From an uncultured Fibrobacteraceae bacterium (GTDB lineage: Bacteria; Krumholzibacteriota; Krumholzibacteriia; LZORAL124-64-63), in NCBI GenBank assembly GCA_964559455.1, contig CAZLHO010000005.1:31679-95678 (forward strand): 64,000 nucleotides of DNA, in the 5' to 3' direction. Within the stretch, counting starts at the first letter, position 1, and every line of letters begins with the position of its first letter. Made by a program: the position numbers and the translations under genes. Shown piece after piece: positions 54,166-64,000 of the stretch. Under the pieces are notes generated by a model. The model saw only the letters and a list, made by a program, of their open reading frames with translations, had not been told where the DNA came from and did no database searches.

Positions 54166-55953
54166 TCAGAGCTTCCGCGTGGCCCGCTTCAGCCAGGCGC
54201 GGTGCTCCGCGTCCAGCAGCGGCGCCAGCTCGGCGTTCACCCGCTTGTGATAGGCGTTCAGCCACGCCAGCTCGGCGGCGTCCAGCAGCTTCAGATCGAT
54301 CAGCGACGCGTCGAAGGGGCAGAGCGTGACCACGTCCCAGCGGCACCAGTTCCCGCCGTCCGAACCCAGCTCGGGGGCGGACGCCACGAAGGCCAGGTTC
54401 TCCAGCCGCACGCCGAACTTGCCGGCCGCGTAATAGCCGGGCTCGATCGACAGAAACTGCCCCGGAACAAGAGGCACGTTGTCGTGGTCGCGGAAGCTGA
54501 TGCTCATCGGGCCCTCGTGCACGCCCAGGTACTGCCCCACGCCGTGACCGGTGCCGTGGTTGTAGTTGTAGCCCGTCAGCCACAGGGCCTGTCGCGCCAG
54601 GGCGTCGATTCGGCCGCCCGCCCAACCCTGCGGGAAGGGCGTGCGCGTGAGGTTGATGTTCGCCTTCAGCACCAGGGTGTAGACGCGCCGCATCTCGGCG
54701 GTGACCGGCCCCAGGGCGACCGTGCGCGTGATGTCGGTGGTGCCGTCGTCGTACTGCCCGCCCGAGTCGATCAGGTACAGGCCGCGGGGTTTGAGCTTGG
54801 CGTCGGTCTCCGGCGTGGGCTCGTAGTGGATGATCGCCCCGTTGGGGCCGTAGGCGCTGATCGTCGCGAAGCTGGTGTCGCGGAAGCGCTTGCCCATGGC
54901 CCGGAACGCACGCAGCTTCGCCGCGGCCGACAGCTCGGTCTGGCCGCCGGCGGGCACGGCCGTCTCCAGCCACTTCAGGAAGCGCACCATGGCGGCGCCG
55001 TCGCGCACGTGGCAGGCGGTGATGCCGCGGATCTGCACGGGGTTCTTCACGGCGCGCATCGCGATCACCGGCGAGGGGCCGCAGAGCAACGGCGCGCCCT
55101 TCAGGCTCTCGACGATCCACTGGTTGATCGAGGCGGGGTCCAGCAGGACCGGCACCCGCTTCCGGGCCAGCGCGCGCAGCCCGTCGCCGGTCTCGGCGTA
55201 GGGCCGCAGCATCGCCTTGCCCTTCAGCGCCGCGCGCACCTTCGCCGTCACCTTGCGCGGGTCGACGAAGACGGTGGCGCCGCGCTCGGTGACCACGGCG
55301 TAGGCGATGGCCATCGGGTTGTGCTCGATGTCTTGGCTGCGGACGTTGAAGAGCCAGGCGATCTGGTCCAGCGCCGCCAGCACCAGGGCTCGCGCGCCGT
55401 GGTCCCGCAGTTCGGCGCGGACCCGGGCCAGCTTGGCGGCCACGGTCTCGCCGGCCACGCTGTCGGGGTGGGTCGTCAGCGGGGCCGTCGAGGGCTCGGG
55501 ACGGTCGGTCCAGATCGCGTCCACCAGATTCTGCTCGACGTAGCGGATCTTCACGCCCCTGTCGCCCAGCGTCTCGGCGAAGGACTCGGCGCCGGCCATC
55601 GACATCACCCGCGGATCGACGCCCAGGACCTGCCCCTTCTTCAACCGCGAGGCGGCCCAGCCCAGCAGCGAGGGCACGCCGGGGTCGCCCATGCGCATCA
55701 GCGCGATGCCCGAGTCCGCCAGCTGGTCCTCGGCCTGCAGGAAGTAGCGTCCGTCGGTCCACAGCGCGGCCATGCGCGCGGTGACCAGCAGGTCGCCCGC
55801 GGAGCCGGTGAAACCGCTGAGCCAGCCGCGGCGCCGCCAGCAGGCGGGCACGTACTCGCTCTGGTGGGGATCGACGCTGGGCACGTAGTAGGCGTCGAGG
55901 CGGTGCTTCTTCATCAGGGAGCGCAGGGCGGCGAGCTTGTCTCGGGTGGTCAT
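54166..55953 (-). CDS. Xaa-Pro aminopeptidase (M24B, with creatinase N-domains)
   Basis: DPHQSEY, WLSGFTGSAG, LWTDGRYFLQA, DSGGQYDDGTTDITRT, HGTGHGVG, HEGP, EPGYY, GVRLEN. Confidence 0.95.
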   Translation of the reverse strand: MTTRDKLAALRSLMKKHRLDAYYVPSVDPHQSEYVPACWRRRGWLSGFTGSAGDLLVTARMAALWTDGRYFLQAEDQLADSGIALMRMGDPGVPSLLGWAASRLKKGQVLGVDPRVMSMAGAESFAETLGDRGVKIRYVEQNLVDAIWTDRPEPSTAPLTTHPDSVAGETVAAKLARVRAELRDHGARALVLAALDQIAWLFNVRSQDIEHNPMAIAYAVVTERGATVFVDPRKVTAKVRAALKGKAMLRPYAETGDGLRALARKRVPVLLDPASINQWIVESLKGAPLLCGPSPVIAMRAVKNPVQIRGITACHVRDGAAMVRFLKWLETAVPAGGQTELSAAAKLRAFRAMGKRFRDTSFATISAYGPNGAIIHYEPTPETDAKLKPRGLYLIDSGGQYDDGTTDITRTVALGPVTAEMRRVYTLVLKANINLTRTPFPQGWAGGRIDALARQALWLTGYNYNHGTGHGVGQYLGVHEGPMSISFRDHDNVPLVPGQFLSIEPGYYAAGKFGVRLENLAFVASAPELGSDGGNWCRWDVVTLCPFDASLIDLKLLDAAELAWLNAYHKRVNAELAPLLDAEHRAWLKRATRKL

Positions 55954-56156
55954 GCCGGATTCCTTCCGGGTTCGGGACTGGAACATGGGCGCGCAGGACG
56001 CAACGCATCATAAGGGGGCGCGGGTCACCCTGCCAAGGTCGCTGCTGGCGGCGCTCCGGTCAACGTCCGCAGCGGTCGCGCCCCGGCCGCCGCAACCTAT
56101 CGAGGAGCGGATTCGTACGAAATGGACGACGTTGGGACCCGAACCCGACGGGCGGT

Positions 56157-56186
56157 TTGCCCGCCCCGGAGAATCCGCCGTATAGT
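56157..56186 (+). promoter_or_regulatory. Putative sigma70 promoter for the S8 peptidase gene
   Basis: TTGCCC-N18-TATAGT about 50 nt upstream of the ATG. Confidence 0.35.
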
Positions 56187-56238
56187 ATAGGGTGTACAGC
56201 CGGACGGCTTCCCCGTCTTCCGTGACCGAGGAACCGCC

Positions 56239-59064
56239 ATGACCAGCAGAATCGGCCTCCGCCTCATCGCCCTGGGTCTCGGCCTGTGTCTGGCCGGGGC
56301 CGCCCTTGCGACGCCCCCGACCCGCGACGAGGTCCTGGCCCGGCAGACGCCGGCGCCCTCCGGCCGCATCGTCGTCAAATTGAGCGCCGACAGCGGCCTG
56401 ACGACCTCCGAGCACGGACTGGCCGGTCCCGCCGCCGCGGCCGCCCGCCTGCGCGGCGCCCTGAAGGCCCGGCACCCCGCCGCCGATTTCCGGAAGCACT
56501 TCTCGCGCTCCCCCGCCGCCATCGAGGCCTCCCGGCTGGCGGCGGAGCGGCGCGTGGGCCGGCCCCTGCCCGACCTGAACCGCTACGTGCGGATCGAGAC
56601 CGGGCTCGGCCGCGCCGACCGTCCCGCCCTGCTCGCCCTGCTCGAAATCCTGCTGGCCGACCCCGCGGTCGAGACGGCCTTCCTCGAGCCGAACGCCGTT
56701 CCCGCCTCCCTGGGCTTCGACGCCTTCGACGGCGACCATGCCTTCCCGGCGGCGGCCGAGGAGTCCGCGCTCGAGCTGCAGGCGATCGTGACCCCCGACT
56801 TCACGAGCCGGCAGTGGTATCTGGGCGGACCGCCCATGGGCGTCAACGCGCATTCGGCGCACCTGCTGCCCGGCGGTCGCGGCCAGGGCGCCCAGCTCAT
56901 CGACATCGAGGGCGCCTGGTTCTTCTCGCACGAGGACATCCCCCCGCCCTTCTGGTTCGGCGGCGCCGTCTTCAGCGACCAGGATTGGCGCGACCACGGC
57001 ACGGCGGTGCTCGGCGAGATCGTCGGAGCGGACAACGGCTACGGCGTGATGGGCATCGCGCCGGATACCGACTTCGGCGCGGTCGGCGTCAACGGGCTGC
57101 CCACCGCGGACGCCATCGATCTGGCCGCGGCGCACCTGGACCCGGGCGGGATCATCCTCATCGAACTGCACGCCCCCGGCCCCAATGCGAACGGCCTCAC
57201 CCAGTTCGGCTACATGCCCATGGAATACTGGTCCGACGTCTTCGACGCGACGCTGCTCGCCACCTCGTCGGGCCTGGTCGTCGTCGCCGCCGCCGGCAAC
57301 GGGGAGCAGAACCTGGATTCCCCCGAGTACGGCGACATCTTCAACCGCGACGTCCGCGACTCCGGTTCGCTGATGGTCGGCGCCGCCGACTTCTCGGGCG
57401 ATTTCGAATATTTCACGAACTACGGCAGCCGCGTGGACCTCAACGGCTGGGGCACCCAGGTCACGACCTGCGGCTTCGGCGACCTCCAGGGCGGACCCGT
57501 GAGCTCGATCCCCGAGTCCCAGTGGTACACGGACTACTACAGCGGCACCTCGAGCGCCGCGCCGATGGTCGCCGGACCGGCCGCCTCCCTGCAGGGCATG
57601 CTGATGGCGTCGGGGATGCCGCCCATCGACAGCTTCCTGATGCGCTCGATCCTGGTCCAGACCGGCACCCCCAGCAACTCCCCCGGCCTGCTCGGGCCGC
57701 GCCCCGACCTGATGGCGGCGTGGGCGCTGGCCGACGGCGGCCTCGGCTGCGTCGCCGGCAAGGTGACCAATACCCTGACGGGCCAGCCGATCGTGGGCGT
57801 CGAGGTCCGCATCCGCGGCGTGGGGTCGCGCACGCTGACGGACTATCTCGGCGACTACGAGTTCAGCGCGTTCACCGGCCCCGCGACCCTGGACTTCAAA
57901 TCCTTCTACCATCAGGACGACAGTCTGACGGTGTCGATCACGGCCGGAGCCGTCACCACCGCGAACATCGCCCTGGAGCCCTATCCCGCCTTCGACCTGA
58001 GCGGGCTCGTCTACGATTCGGCCGGCGTCCCGCTCGAGGGCGTCCGCGTGGCCCTGCTCGACGCAGCCGCCCCCGTCCTCTACACCGACGCCGACGGCGC
58101 CTTCGCCTATCCCGGCCTGCCCGCCATCGTCCCCTACAGCGTGCGGCTGGACAGCGTGCCCGGCTACGGGGCCGACTACGTCGTGGCCGATCCCGACGAC
58201 GCCGCTCCGGACGGCACCCTGCAGCTGATCCGCGCCCTGCCCACCGTGAGCCAGGACTTCAACCTCTCCGGAGGACAGTTCACGCCCACCACGGTGCACT
58301 GGTCGTGGGCCCAGCCCTACCGCGGCCCCATGAGCGGCTTCGACAGCAGCCGCTGCTGGGCCGTGGGCATGAGCGCCGACTACCAGAACGAGGCCGCCGG
58401 CGAGCTCGTCTCGCCCGCCTACGACTACCGCGGCGAGAGCGAGCTCTACCTCAGCTTCCACTACTGGGGCCAGACCGAGAAGGGCCACGACGGGGTCAAC
58501 GTCCGCATCTTCCGCGACGAAGAATGGATCCTGGTCGAGCCCGTGACCGGCTATTCCGACTCCGTGCTCTCGGGGCTGGATTTCATGCCCGGATGGTCCG
58601 GCGGATCGCACGGCTGGCAGGGCGCCGTCTTCGACCTTTCCGCCTGGACGGACGAGCCGCTGAAATTCGCCTTCTTCTTCGGCTCCGACGATGCGAACTC
58701 CGACCTCGGCTTCTGGGTGGACGCCGTCACCTGGCGCACCGCCTACACGACGACTCCCGTCGCGCCCGCCGGTCCCCCGACTCCGGCGGCGCCCCTGCTG
58801 CTGGCCAGCCCCAACCCCTTCAACCCGGCCACGACCCTGAGCTGGAGCGCCACCGCCCCCGGCCCGGTGCTCCTCGAGATCTTCGACTTCAGGGGGAGGC
58901 GCCTGGCGGCGTGGCGGGCCGGCGACGCCGGCGTCGCGGCCGGAGAGGCGCGCTGGGACGGAAGGGACGACGCGGGCCGGCCGGCGCCAAGCGGCACCTA
59001 CCTGGTCCGCCTGCGCGACGGCGCCGGCATGGTCGCCAGCCGCAGCCTCAGCCTCATCAAGTGA
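56239..59064 (+). CDS. Secreted S8 subtilase with carboxypeptidase-regulatory-like domains, a jelly-roll domain and FlgD CTD
   Basis: Triad DIEG / DHGTAVLG / SGTSSAAPMVAG; Asn in AAGNG; PNPFNP...WDGRDDAGR. Confidence 0.92.
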   Translation: MTSRIGLRLIALGLGLCLAGAALATPPTRDEVLARQTPAPSGRIVVKLSADSGLTTSEHGLAGPAAAAARLRGALKARHPAADFRKHFSRSPAAIEASRLAAERRVGRPLPDLNRYVRIETGLGRADRPALLALLEILLADPAVETAFLEPNAVPASLGFDAFDGDHAFPAAAEESALELQAIVTPDFTSRQWYLGGPPMGVNAHSAHLLPGGRGQGAQLIDIEGAWFFSHEDIPPPFWFGGAVFSDQDWRDHGTAVLGEIVGADNGYGVMGIAPDTDFGAVGVNGLPTADAIDLAAAHLDPGGIILIELHAPGPNANGLTQFGYMPMEYWSDVFDATLLATSSGLVVVAAAGNGEQNLDSPEYGDIFNRDVRDSGSLMVGAADFSGDFEYFTNYGSRVDLNGWGTQVTTCGFGDLQGGPVSSIPESQWYTDYYSGTSSAAPMVAGPAASLQGMLMASGMPPIDSFLMRSILVQTGTPSNSPGLLGPRPDLMAAWALADGGLGCVAGKVTNTLTGQPIVGVEVRIRGVGSRTLTDYLGDYEFSAFTGPATLDFKSFYHQDDSLTVSITAGAVTTANIALEPYPAFDLSGLVYDSAGVPLEGVRVALLDAAAPVLYTDADGAFAYPGLPAIVPYSVRLDSVPGYGADYVVADPDDAAPDGTLQLIRALPTVSQDFNLSGGQFTPTTVHWSWAQPYRGPMSGFDSSRCWAVGMSADYQNEAAGELVSPAYDYRGESELYLSFHYWGQTEKGHDGVNVRIFRDEEWILVEPVTGYSDSVLSGLDFMPGWSGGSHGWQGAVFDLSAWTDEPLKFAFFFGSDDANSDLGFWVDAVTWRTAYTTTPVAPAGPPTPAAPLLLASPNPFNPATTLSWSATAPGPVLLEIFDFRGRRLAAWRAGDAGVAAGEARWDGRDDAGRPAPSGTYLVRLRDGAGMVASRSLSLIK

Positions 59065-60112
59065 TCGAGGGATCCCCGGGCGCCGGAGCGCCGGATGCGT
59101 GCGGGCGCACGTGCCGAGCCAGGGCGCGCGCGTATTCCGCCTCCAGGTTCGCCGGGCCGTCGTGCCGCCGCCAGCCGGATGCATCGCGGCGGAAGTGGAA
59201 AGGTGCGCGGTCCAGGGTGTAGGTGCCGAAGTGCACGCCCTGGAATTCGACCAGGTGGCAGGCCCCTTCGCCCTCGATCACATCCAGGCTGACGAAAGGG
59301 ACGTCCAGACGGCGGAAGACCTCGTGCGCGAAGTCGAGCACGGCATCGGGCGGCGTCTCGTAGCTGAAGCGGCCGCTGCCGCTGGCGCGGAAATCCCCCG
59401 GCCGGATGGCGCGACGCAGCACGAAGACGCGATCGGCGAAGACCAGCACCTTCCAGTCGCCCGCGGCGCCGGGCACGAACTCCTGCAGGACGAAGGGCCC
59501 GGCGTGGACGCAGTCCTCGTACATCTCGGGGAAATAGCGTTCGCGCAGCACGCGCCGCTTCAGGATCTGCTTGAGCCGGTAGACGGCCAGGCCCCGCGGC
59601 CGGTTCATGGCGCGGACGGCGGCCCGCAGCCGGTCGGGGTCCTCGATCCGCCGCACGCCCCGGCTCTGGAAGCCGGCGTTGCTCTTCAGCACCAGCGGGA
59701 AGTCCAGGCCCAGCGTCCCCTCGTCCAGATCCCTCTCCAGGCCCTTCAGGTTGCCGTAGTAGCGCCAGCGCAGCGAGGGCAGTCCCAGCTCGCGCTTCAG
59801 CAGCTCCTGGAAACCCTTGTTCTCGTGGGCGCGGAAGATCTCGTAGCGCGGCACCAGACGGTTGCGGCGCGATAGCGTGTAGAGCACGTCGTCGACCAGC
59901 GGACGGTAGCCGGGCACCTGGGTGCTGGTGTAGACGATCGTGGCGCCCTCGGGAACGAAGCGTCCGTTGGCCGCGTCCTCGATCCTGCGAACGCCGACAT
60001 CGAAGCCGGCCTCTTCCAGACGCCGGGTCAGGATCGCCGTGTCCAGCGACTCCCATTCCTGCACCTTCTGGCGCAGGGCCCCGCGGTAATCGGTGAGCAG
60101 GATCAGTTCCAA
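59057..60112 (-). CDS. RimK-like ATP-grasp protein
   Basis: ENKGFQ, FPLVLK...QSRGV, VLQEFVP...DWKVLV, DFRASGSG, VSLDVI, LVEFQ. Confidence 0.82.
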   Translation of the reverse strand: MELILLTDYRGALRQKVQEWESLDTAILTRRLEEAGFDVGVRRIEDAANGRFVPEGATIVYTSTQVPGYRPLVDDVLYTLSRRNRLVPRYEIFRAHENKGFQELLKRELGLPSLRWRYYGNLKGLERDLDEGTLGLDFPLVLKSNAGFQSRGVRRIEDPDRLRAAVRAMNRPRGLAVYRLKQILKRRVLRERYFPEMYEDCVHAGPFVLQEFVPGAAGDWKVLVFADRVFVLRRAIRPGDFRASGSGRFSYETPPDAVLDFAHEVFRRLDVPFVSLDVIEGEGACHLVEFQGVHFGTYTLDRAPFHFRRDASGWRRHDGPANLEAEYARALARHVRPHASGAPAPGDPSIT

Positions 60113-60136
60113 GCGTCCCCTCCGTGGGTTGGCGGG

Positions 60137-62059
60137 CTAGCGCACCAGGTTCAGCTTGACGGTGTGGACGCTGCGGACCGCGCCCTCCCCCGTCCCCAAC
60201 CGGGCCAGATAGGTGCCGCTGGGCGCTGCCCGCCCGGCGTCGTCGCGGCCGTCCCAGACCACGGCGCCCGGACCCGCGGGCCGGAATTCGCGGACCAGCG
60301 TGCGCAGCCGGCGGCCGGCCGCGTCGTGGATCGTCAACCGGACCGCGCCGGCTTCCGCCAGATGGAAGGACAGCCGCACCGAGGGGTTGGCGGGGTTCGG
60401 CGCCGGCGGCAACAGGACCGTGGCCGCCGGCGGACCCTCGACCCGGGTCGCCCCCCCCGCGACGGGTCCCGGCAGCCACTCGCCGTCTCCGGGCAGCTTC
60501 ACGAACTGCATCTGGGGGCTGAGGATCTCGTAGCGGTGCCGGTACTCGCCGGGTTCCTCGATCAGTATGCTTCCCGAATAGAGGGCGCCGTCGGTCAGGT
60601 CCGGATCGTCGCTCGCCAGCGGGAGCGTTACGGTGGTGCCGTCCAAGCCGGGGCCCTGGAGCACGGCCTGAGCCATCAGCGGGGCGTCGTTCTCGGCGTC
60701 GGTGCAGACCAGCCGGAAGACGTAGGCGACCCCGACGTCCCCGGCGGCAGGCAGGCATTCGGCTCCGCTCAGGACGGGGGGGTCGTTCGGCGGGGCCTGC
60801 ACCACGGGCCCGGAGAATTCGCCCCCGGACGCCGGCAGCATCACCGCCTGGGCGGCGGCGTTGACGAAGCGGAAGCGGTGCCACCAGGTCCCGGTGTCCG
60901 CCAAGGCCATGACCGTCTCGTAGACCGCGCCGTCGGTGACGTCGCCGTCGGCGGTGATCATGGGGAAGTCCTGGAAATAGTGCAGGGCCGGCGAGTAGAG
61001 GCTCACGTTCGCCTCGGTCGGCAGGTCGCCGTCGACGTCGGTGTAGCGCACGCTGAAAGTGAAGGACGCGCCCGGCTCGCCGACCTCGGGCTCGACCGAG
61101 GACTCGCCCAGGACGGGTTCGCTGCCCGCGCTCAGGCACTGCCAGGATTCCCGGCCGAAGTCGCAGGCGCTGTCGTAGGCGATCCAGAAGTAGCCGTCCA
61201 GCCCCCAGGACGCCCCCCAGGAGTTCTTGACCAGCCAGGCCTGCAGGCCGTCGTCGTAGCCCACGATGGTCACCGCGTGCCAGGAGCCGGTGAAGGTCGC
61301 GCCGCGGGCGTCGTAGACGCCGGAGTCGTACCAGTCGAAGTCGTCGTAGACGGCGTAGGTGGTGACCACGGGGCCGGACTGCAGGGCGGCGTTGACGGCG
61401 GCGACGTCGATCGCGCCGCCGGTGACCTGGCGCCAGCCCTCCAGGAAGGTCAGGCGCTGGGCGACGTCGGCGCAGGCGCTGCCGCAGGGGATGCTGTCGC
61501 GGGCGCGGTAAGGGAAGCAGGCCTCGTCGCAGACGCCGTCGACGCGCAGGAAGTTCAGCGCCTCGGTCACCTGCCCGCCGTCGCAGGGGTAGGGATTGGT
61601 CGTGCAGGAGACCAGATGCTGCTCGGCCAGGTCGAGATCGTCCTGCCCGGGCAGGTCCTCGCGGATCATGACGTTGGATTCGAAGGCCGCGACGGCGGCG
61701 AAGATCCAGCACGACCCGCAGCCGCCCTGGTTGCGCACAGGCGTCACCCAGTCGCCGCCGTTGGCGCGCCAGTCCAGGGCCGTCGGCAGGGCCGCCGGGA
61801 CCCGTGACAGGACCAGCGGGGCCGGCCGGAGGTCCGCCGGCGGCGTGGCCCCGCACATGCGCAGCCATTCCGAGCGGTCCAGGCGGGCGATGGGGTTGTC
61901 GGCCGGCGTCCAGCGCTGCCCCAGTTCCCCGATCCGGCGGCGCAGGGCGTCCAGGTCCCGCTGGCGCTCCGCGGGCAGGGACCCTCCCGCCGCGGCCGAG
62001 ACGGCCAGGAAGGCGACGACGAGCGTCAGGAGCAGCGGGATCGGGCGGCGGCGAAGCAT
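60137..62059 (-). CDS. Secreted papain-family (C1A) cysteine protease with two Ig-like repeats and FlgD CTD
   Basis: RNQGGCGSCW, LAEQHLVSC, HAVTIVGY, KNSWG; PNPANP...WDGRDDAGR. Confidence 0.93.
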   Translation of the reverse strand: MLRRRPIPLLLTLVVAFLAVSAAAGGSLPAERQRDLDALRRRIGELGQRWTPADNPIARLDRSEWLRMCGATPPADLRPAPLVLSRVPAALPTALDWRANGGDWVTPVRNQGGCGSCWIFAAVAAFESNVMIREDLPGQDDLDLAEQHLVSCTTNPYPCDGGQVTEALNFLRVDGVCDEACFPYRARDSIPCGSACADVAQRLTFLEGWRQVTGGAIDVAAVNAALQSGPVVTTYAVYDDFDWYDSGVYDARGATFTGSWHAVTIVGYDDGLQAWLVKNSWGASWGLDGYFWIAYDSACDFGRESWQCLSAGSEPVLGESSVEPEVGEPGASFTFSVRYTDVDGDLPTEANVSLYSPALHYFQDFPMITADGDVTDGAVYETVMALADTGTWWHRFRFVNAAAQAVMLPASGGEFSGPVVQAPPNDPPVLSGAECLPAAGDVGVAYVFRLVCTDAENDAPLMAQAVLQGPGLDGTTVTLPLASDDPDLTDGALYSGSILIEEPGEYRHRYEILSPQMQFVKLPGDGEWLPGPVAGGATRVEGPPAATVLLPPAPNPANPSVRLSFHLAEAGAVRLTIHDAAGRRLRTLVREFRPAGPGAVVWDGRDDAGRAAPSGTYLARLGTGEGAVRSVHTVKLNLVR

Positions 62060-62227
62060 GGGGCCTCCGGGGCGACAGGGCGTCGGTCATGTCCTTCCCC
62101 ACCACTATAACCGGCCGAGGGGCGCGGGAACAAGGAAGGCGCGAGGATTGACCTTCGCCCGGCCAGCGGCCGGGGACTATATTCGACGGGTCCGCGCCCC
62201 GATCCCCACCCCCCGGAGGTGACCCCC

Positions 62228-64000
62228 TTGCGGAAGCTCTTCTTGTTGACCCTGCTCGCGACGGCGGCCCTGCTCGCCGCCCCGGCCACCGCCGAGGGCC
62301 CCGCGCCCGTCGCCATGGACGCGCCCCATCCCTTCTCGATCCACGACATGGTCGCCATGCAGCGCCTGGGCGACCCGCAGGTCTCGCCCGAAGGCGACCG
62401 GGTCGTCTTCACGGTGCGCAGCACCGACCTCGAGGCCGACCGCGGCCGCACCGACCTCTGGCTGCTGGATCTCGACGAGAAGGACGCCCAACCCAGGCGC
62501 CTGACCGCCGACCCGGCCGCCGACTGGAACCCCCGCTGGTCCCCCTGCGGCATGGTCTACTTCCTGTCGACCCGCTCGGGCTCGGCGCAGGTCTGGACGA
62601 TCGACCCCGACGGCGGCGAGGCCGCGCCGGTCACCGACCTGCCCCTGGACGTCGACGGCCTGGAGTTCGTGCCCCAGCTGAAGAGCCTGGCCCTGGTCAT
62701 GCACGTCTTCCCCGGCCTGAGCCCGGCCGAGACCGCGGCCCGCGACGCGGAGATCGCGGCCTCGCCCCGCACCGGCCGCATCTACGACGAGCTGATGTTC
62801 CGCCACTGGGACACCTGGGAGGACGGCAAGCGCGCCCATCCCTTCCTGCTGCCCGTGCAAGCCCCCCGCGCCGAGCCCGTCGACCTGCTGCCCGACCTGG
62901 ACGCCGACGTCCCGACCCGCCCCTGGGGCGGCACCGAGGAGTGGTCCTTCACCGCCGACGGCCGCGAGCTGGTCTTCACGGCCAAGATCCTGCCCGGCAG
63001 CGAACCGGCCTGGAGCACCGACTACGACATCTACGCCGTGGCCACCGACGGCGGCGGCGCGCTGCGCTGCCTGACCGAGGCCAACACCGCATGGGACACC
63101 GAGCCCGTCTTCTCTCCCGACGGCCGGACCCTGGCCTACATCGCCATGGCCGTGCCCGCCTACGAGGCCGACCGCTACCGCATCGTGCTGCGCGACTGGG
63201 CCGGCGGCGAAACGCGGGTGCTCACCGAGGACTGGGACCGCTCCCCGCACGGCCTGGTCTGGTCCGCGGACGGCAAGACCCTGTACTGCATCGCCGGCAA
63301 CCTGGGCCAGCGCTCGATCTTCGCGGTGCGCCTGAAGGACGGCCGCGTGACCGAACTGGTGCACGACGGCTCCAACGGCTCGCTGCGGCTGGCGGGCAGG
63401 CAGCTGCTCTACCTGAAGAACCACCTGCGCAGCCCGAACGAGATTTACGCCTACAAATTCAAGGGCAAGAGCGAGCGCCGCCTGACCGGCTTCAACGACG
63501 CCCGCCTGGCCCTGGCCCGCATGGGCGAGCCCGAGCAGTTCACCTTCGCCGGCTGGAACGGCGAGACCGTCCACGCCTACCTGGTCAAGCCCTACGACTG
63601 GAGCGCGGAGGCGGCCGCCGCCGGACGCACCTGGCCCGTGGCCTTCCTGGTCCACGGCGGGCCCCAGGGCAGCTTCGGCAACGACTTCCACTACCGCTGG
63701 AACCCGCAAGCCTACGTGGGCGCCGGCTTCGCCACCGTCGCCGTCGACTTCCACGGCTCCACCGGCTACGGCCAGGAGTTCTGCGACAGCATCGGCGGCC
63801 ACTGGGGCGACCGGCCGCTGGAGGACCTCGAGAAGGGCCTGGACTCCGCCCTGGAGCGCTATCGGTGGCTGGACGGCGAGCGGGTCGTGGCCGCGGGCGC
63901 CAGCTACGGCGCCTTCATGATCAACTGGATGCACGGCCAGCCCTTCGGCAAGCGCTTCAAGGCCTTCGTCAGCCACGACGGCAACCTGGACGAGCGCATG
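62228..64000 (+). CDS. S9 family peptidase (S9C/acylaminoacyl-peptidase-like), runs off the right edge
   Basis: GGAGG before TTG 62228; signal peptide; beta-propeller repeats (PQVSPEG, PVFSPDG); VHGGPQG; nucleophile GASYG. Not in the ORF track. Confidence 0.93.
   Translation, partial: MRKLFLLTLLATAALLAAPATAEGPAPVAMDAPHPFSIHDMVAMQRLGDPQVSPEGDRVVFTVRSTDLEADRGRTDLWLLDLDEKDAQPRRLTADPAADWNPRWSPCGMVYFLSTRSGSAQVWTIDPDGGEAAPVTDLPLDVDGLEFVPQLKSLALVMHVFPGLSPAETAARDAEIAASPRTGRIYDELMFRHWDTWEDGKRAHPFLLPVQAPRAEPVDLLPDLDADVPTRPWGGTEEWSFTADGRELVFTAKILPGSEPAWSTDYDIYAVATDGGGALRCLTEANTAWDTEPVFSPDGRTLAYIAMAVPAYEADRYRIVLRDWAGGETRVLTEDWDRSPHGLVWSADGKTLYCIAGNLGQRSIFAVRLKDGRVTELVHDGSNGSLRLAGRQLLYLKNHLRSPNEIYAYKFKGKSERRLTGFNDARLALARMGEPEQFTFAGWNGETVHAYLVKPYDWSAEAAAAGRTWPVAFLVHGGPQGSFGNDFHYRWNPQAYVGAGFATVAVDFHGSTGYGQEFCDSIGGHWGDRPLEDLEKGLDSALERYRWLDGERVVAAGASYGAFMINWMHGQPFGKRFKAFVSHDGNLDERM

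Overview
GC-rich bacterial DNA with no rRNA, intact tRNA or CRISPR array seen. FlgD/T9SS-like C-terminal domains, a PorV-like barrel and SusD-less TonB-dependent uptake suggest an FCB-group candidate phylum such as Krumholzibacteriota, Latescibacterota or Eisenbacteria (inference). (1) 1-21.9 kb: a LacI-controlled beta-1,2-glucan utilisation locus with GH144, a Cgs-type GH94 phosphorylase, GH1, a sugar ABC importer lacking its ATPase, an uncharacterised CBM/discoidin/(alpha/alpha)6 enzyme and a TonB-dependent receptor flanked by two secreted proteins instead of SusD. (2) 22-27.5 kb: PBP-TPR-ExbB-ExbD-ExbD-TonB operon. (3) 27.5-45 kb: accessory region of secreted and surface proteins with two broken genes, a tRNA-Asn 3'-end att-like remnant, two AAA-DUF4143 ATPases and a DDE transposase. 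(4) 45-51.3 kb: sucrose cluster (SPS, SuS, fructokinase, SPP). (5) 51.4-64 kb: a CTD-only lipoprotein next to a PorV-like gene, a nested palindromic repeat and a peptidase cluster. Most notable: a shared 9-residue C-terminal tag W-G-x-[IV]-K-x-[LW]-[FY]-[KR] on three unrelated secreted proteins, the orphan enzyme and SusD-less binding proteins of the glucan locus, and the CTD-lipoprotein/PorV pair. All family calls come from motif recognition by eye; no searches were run.
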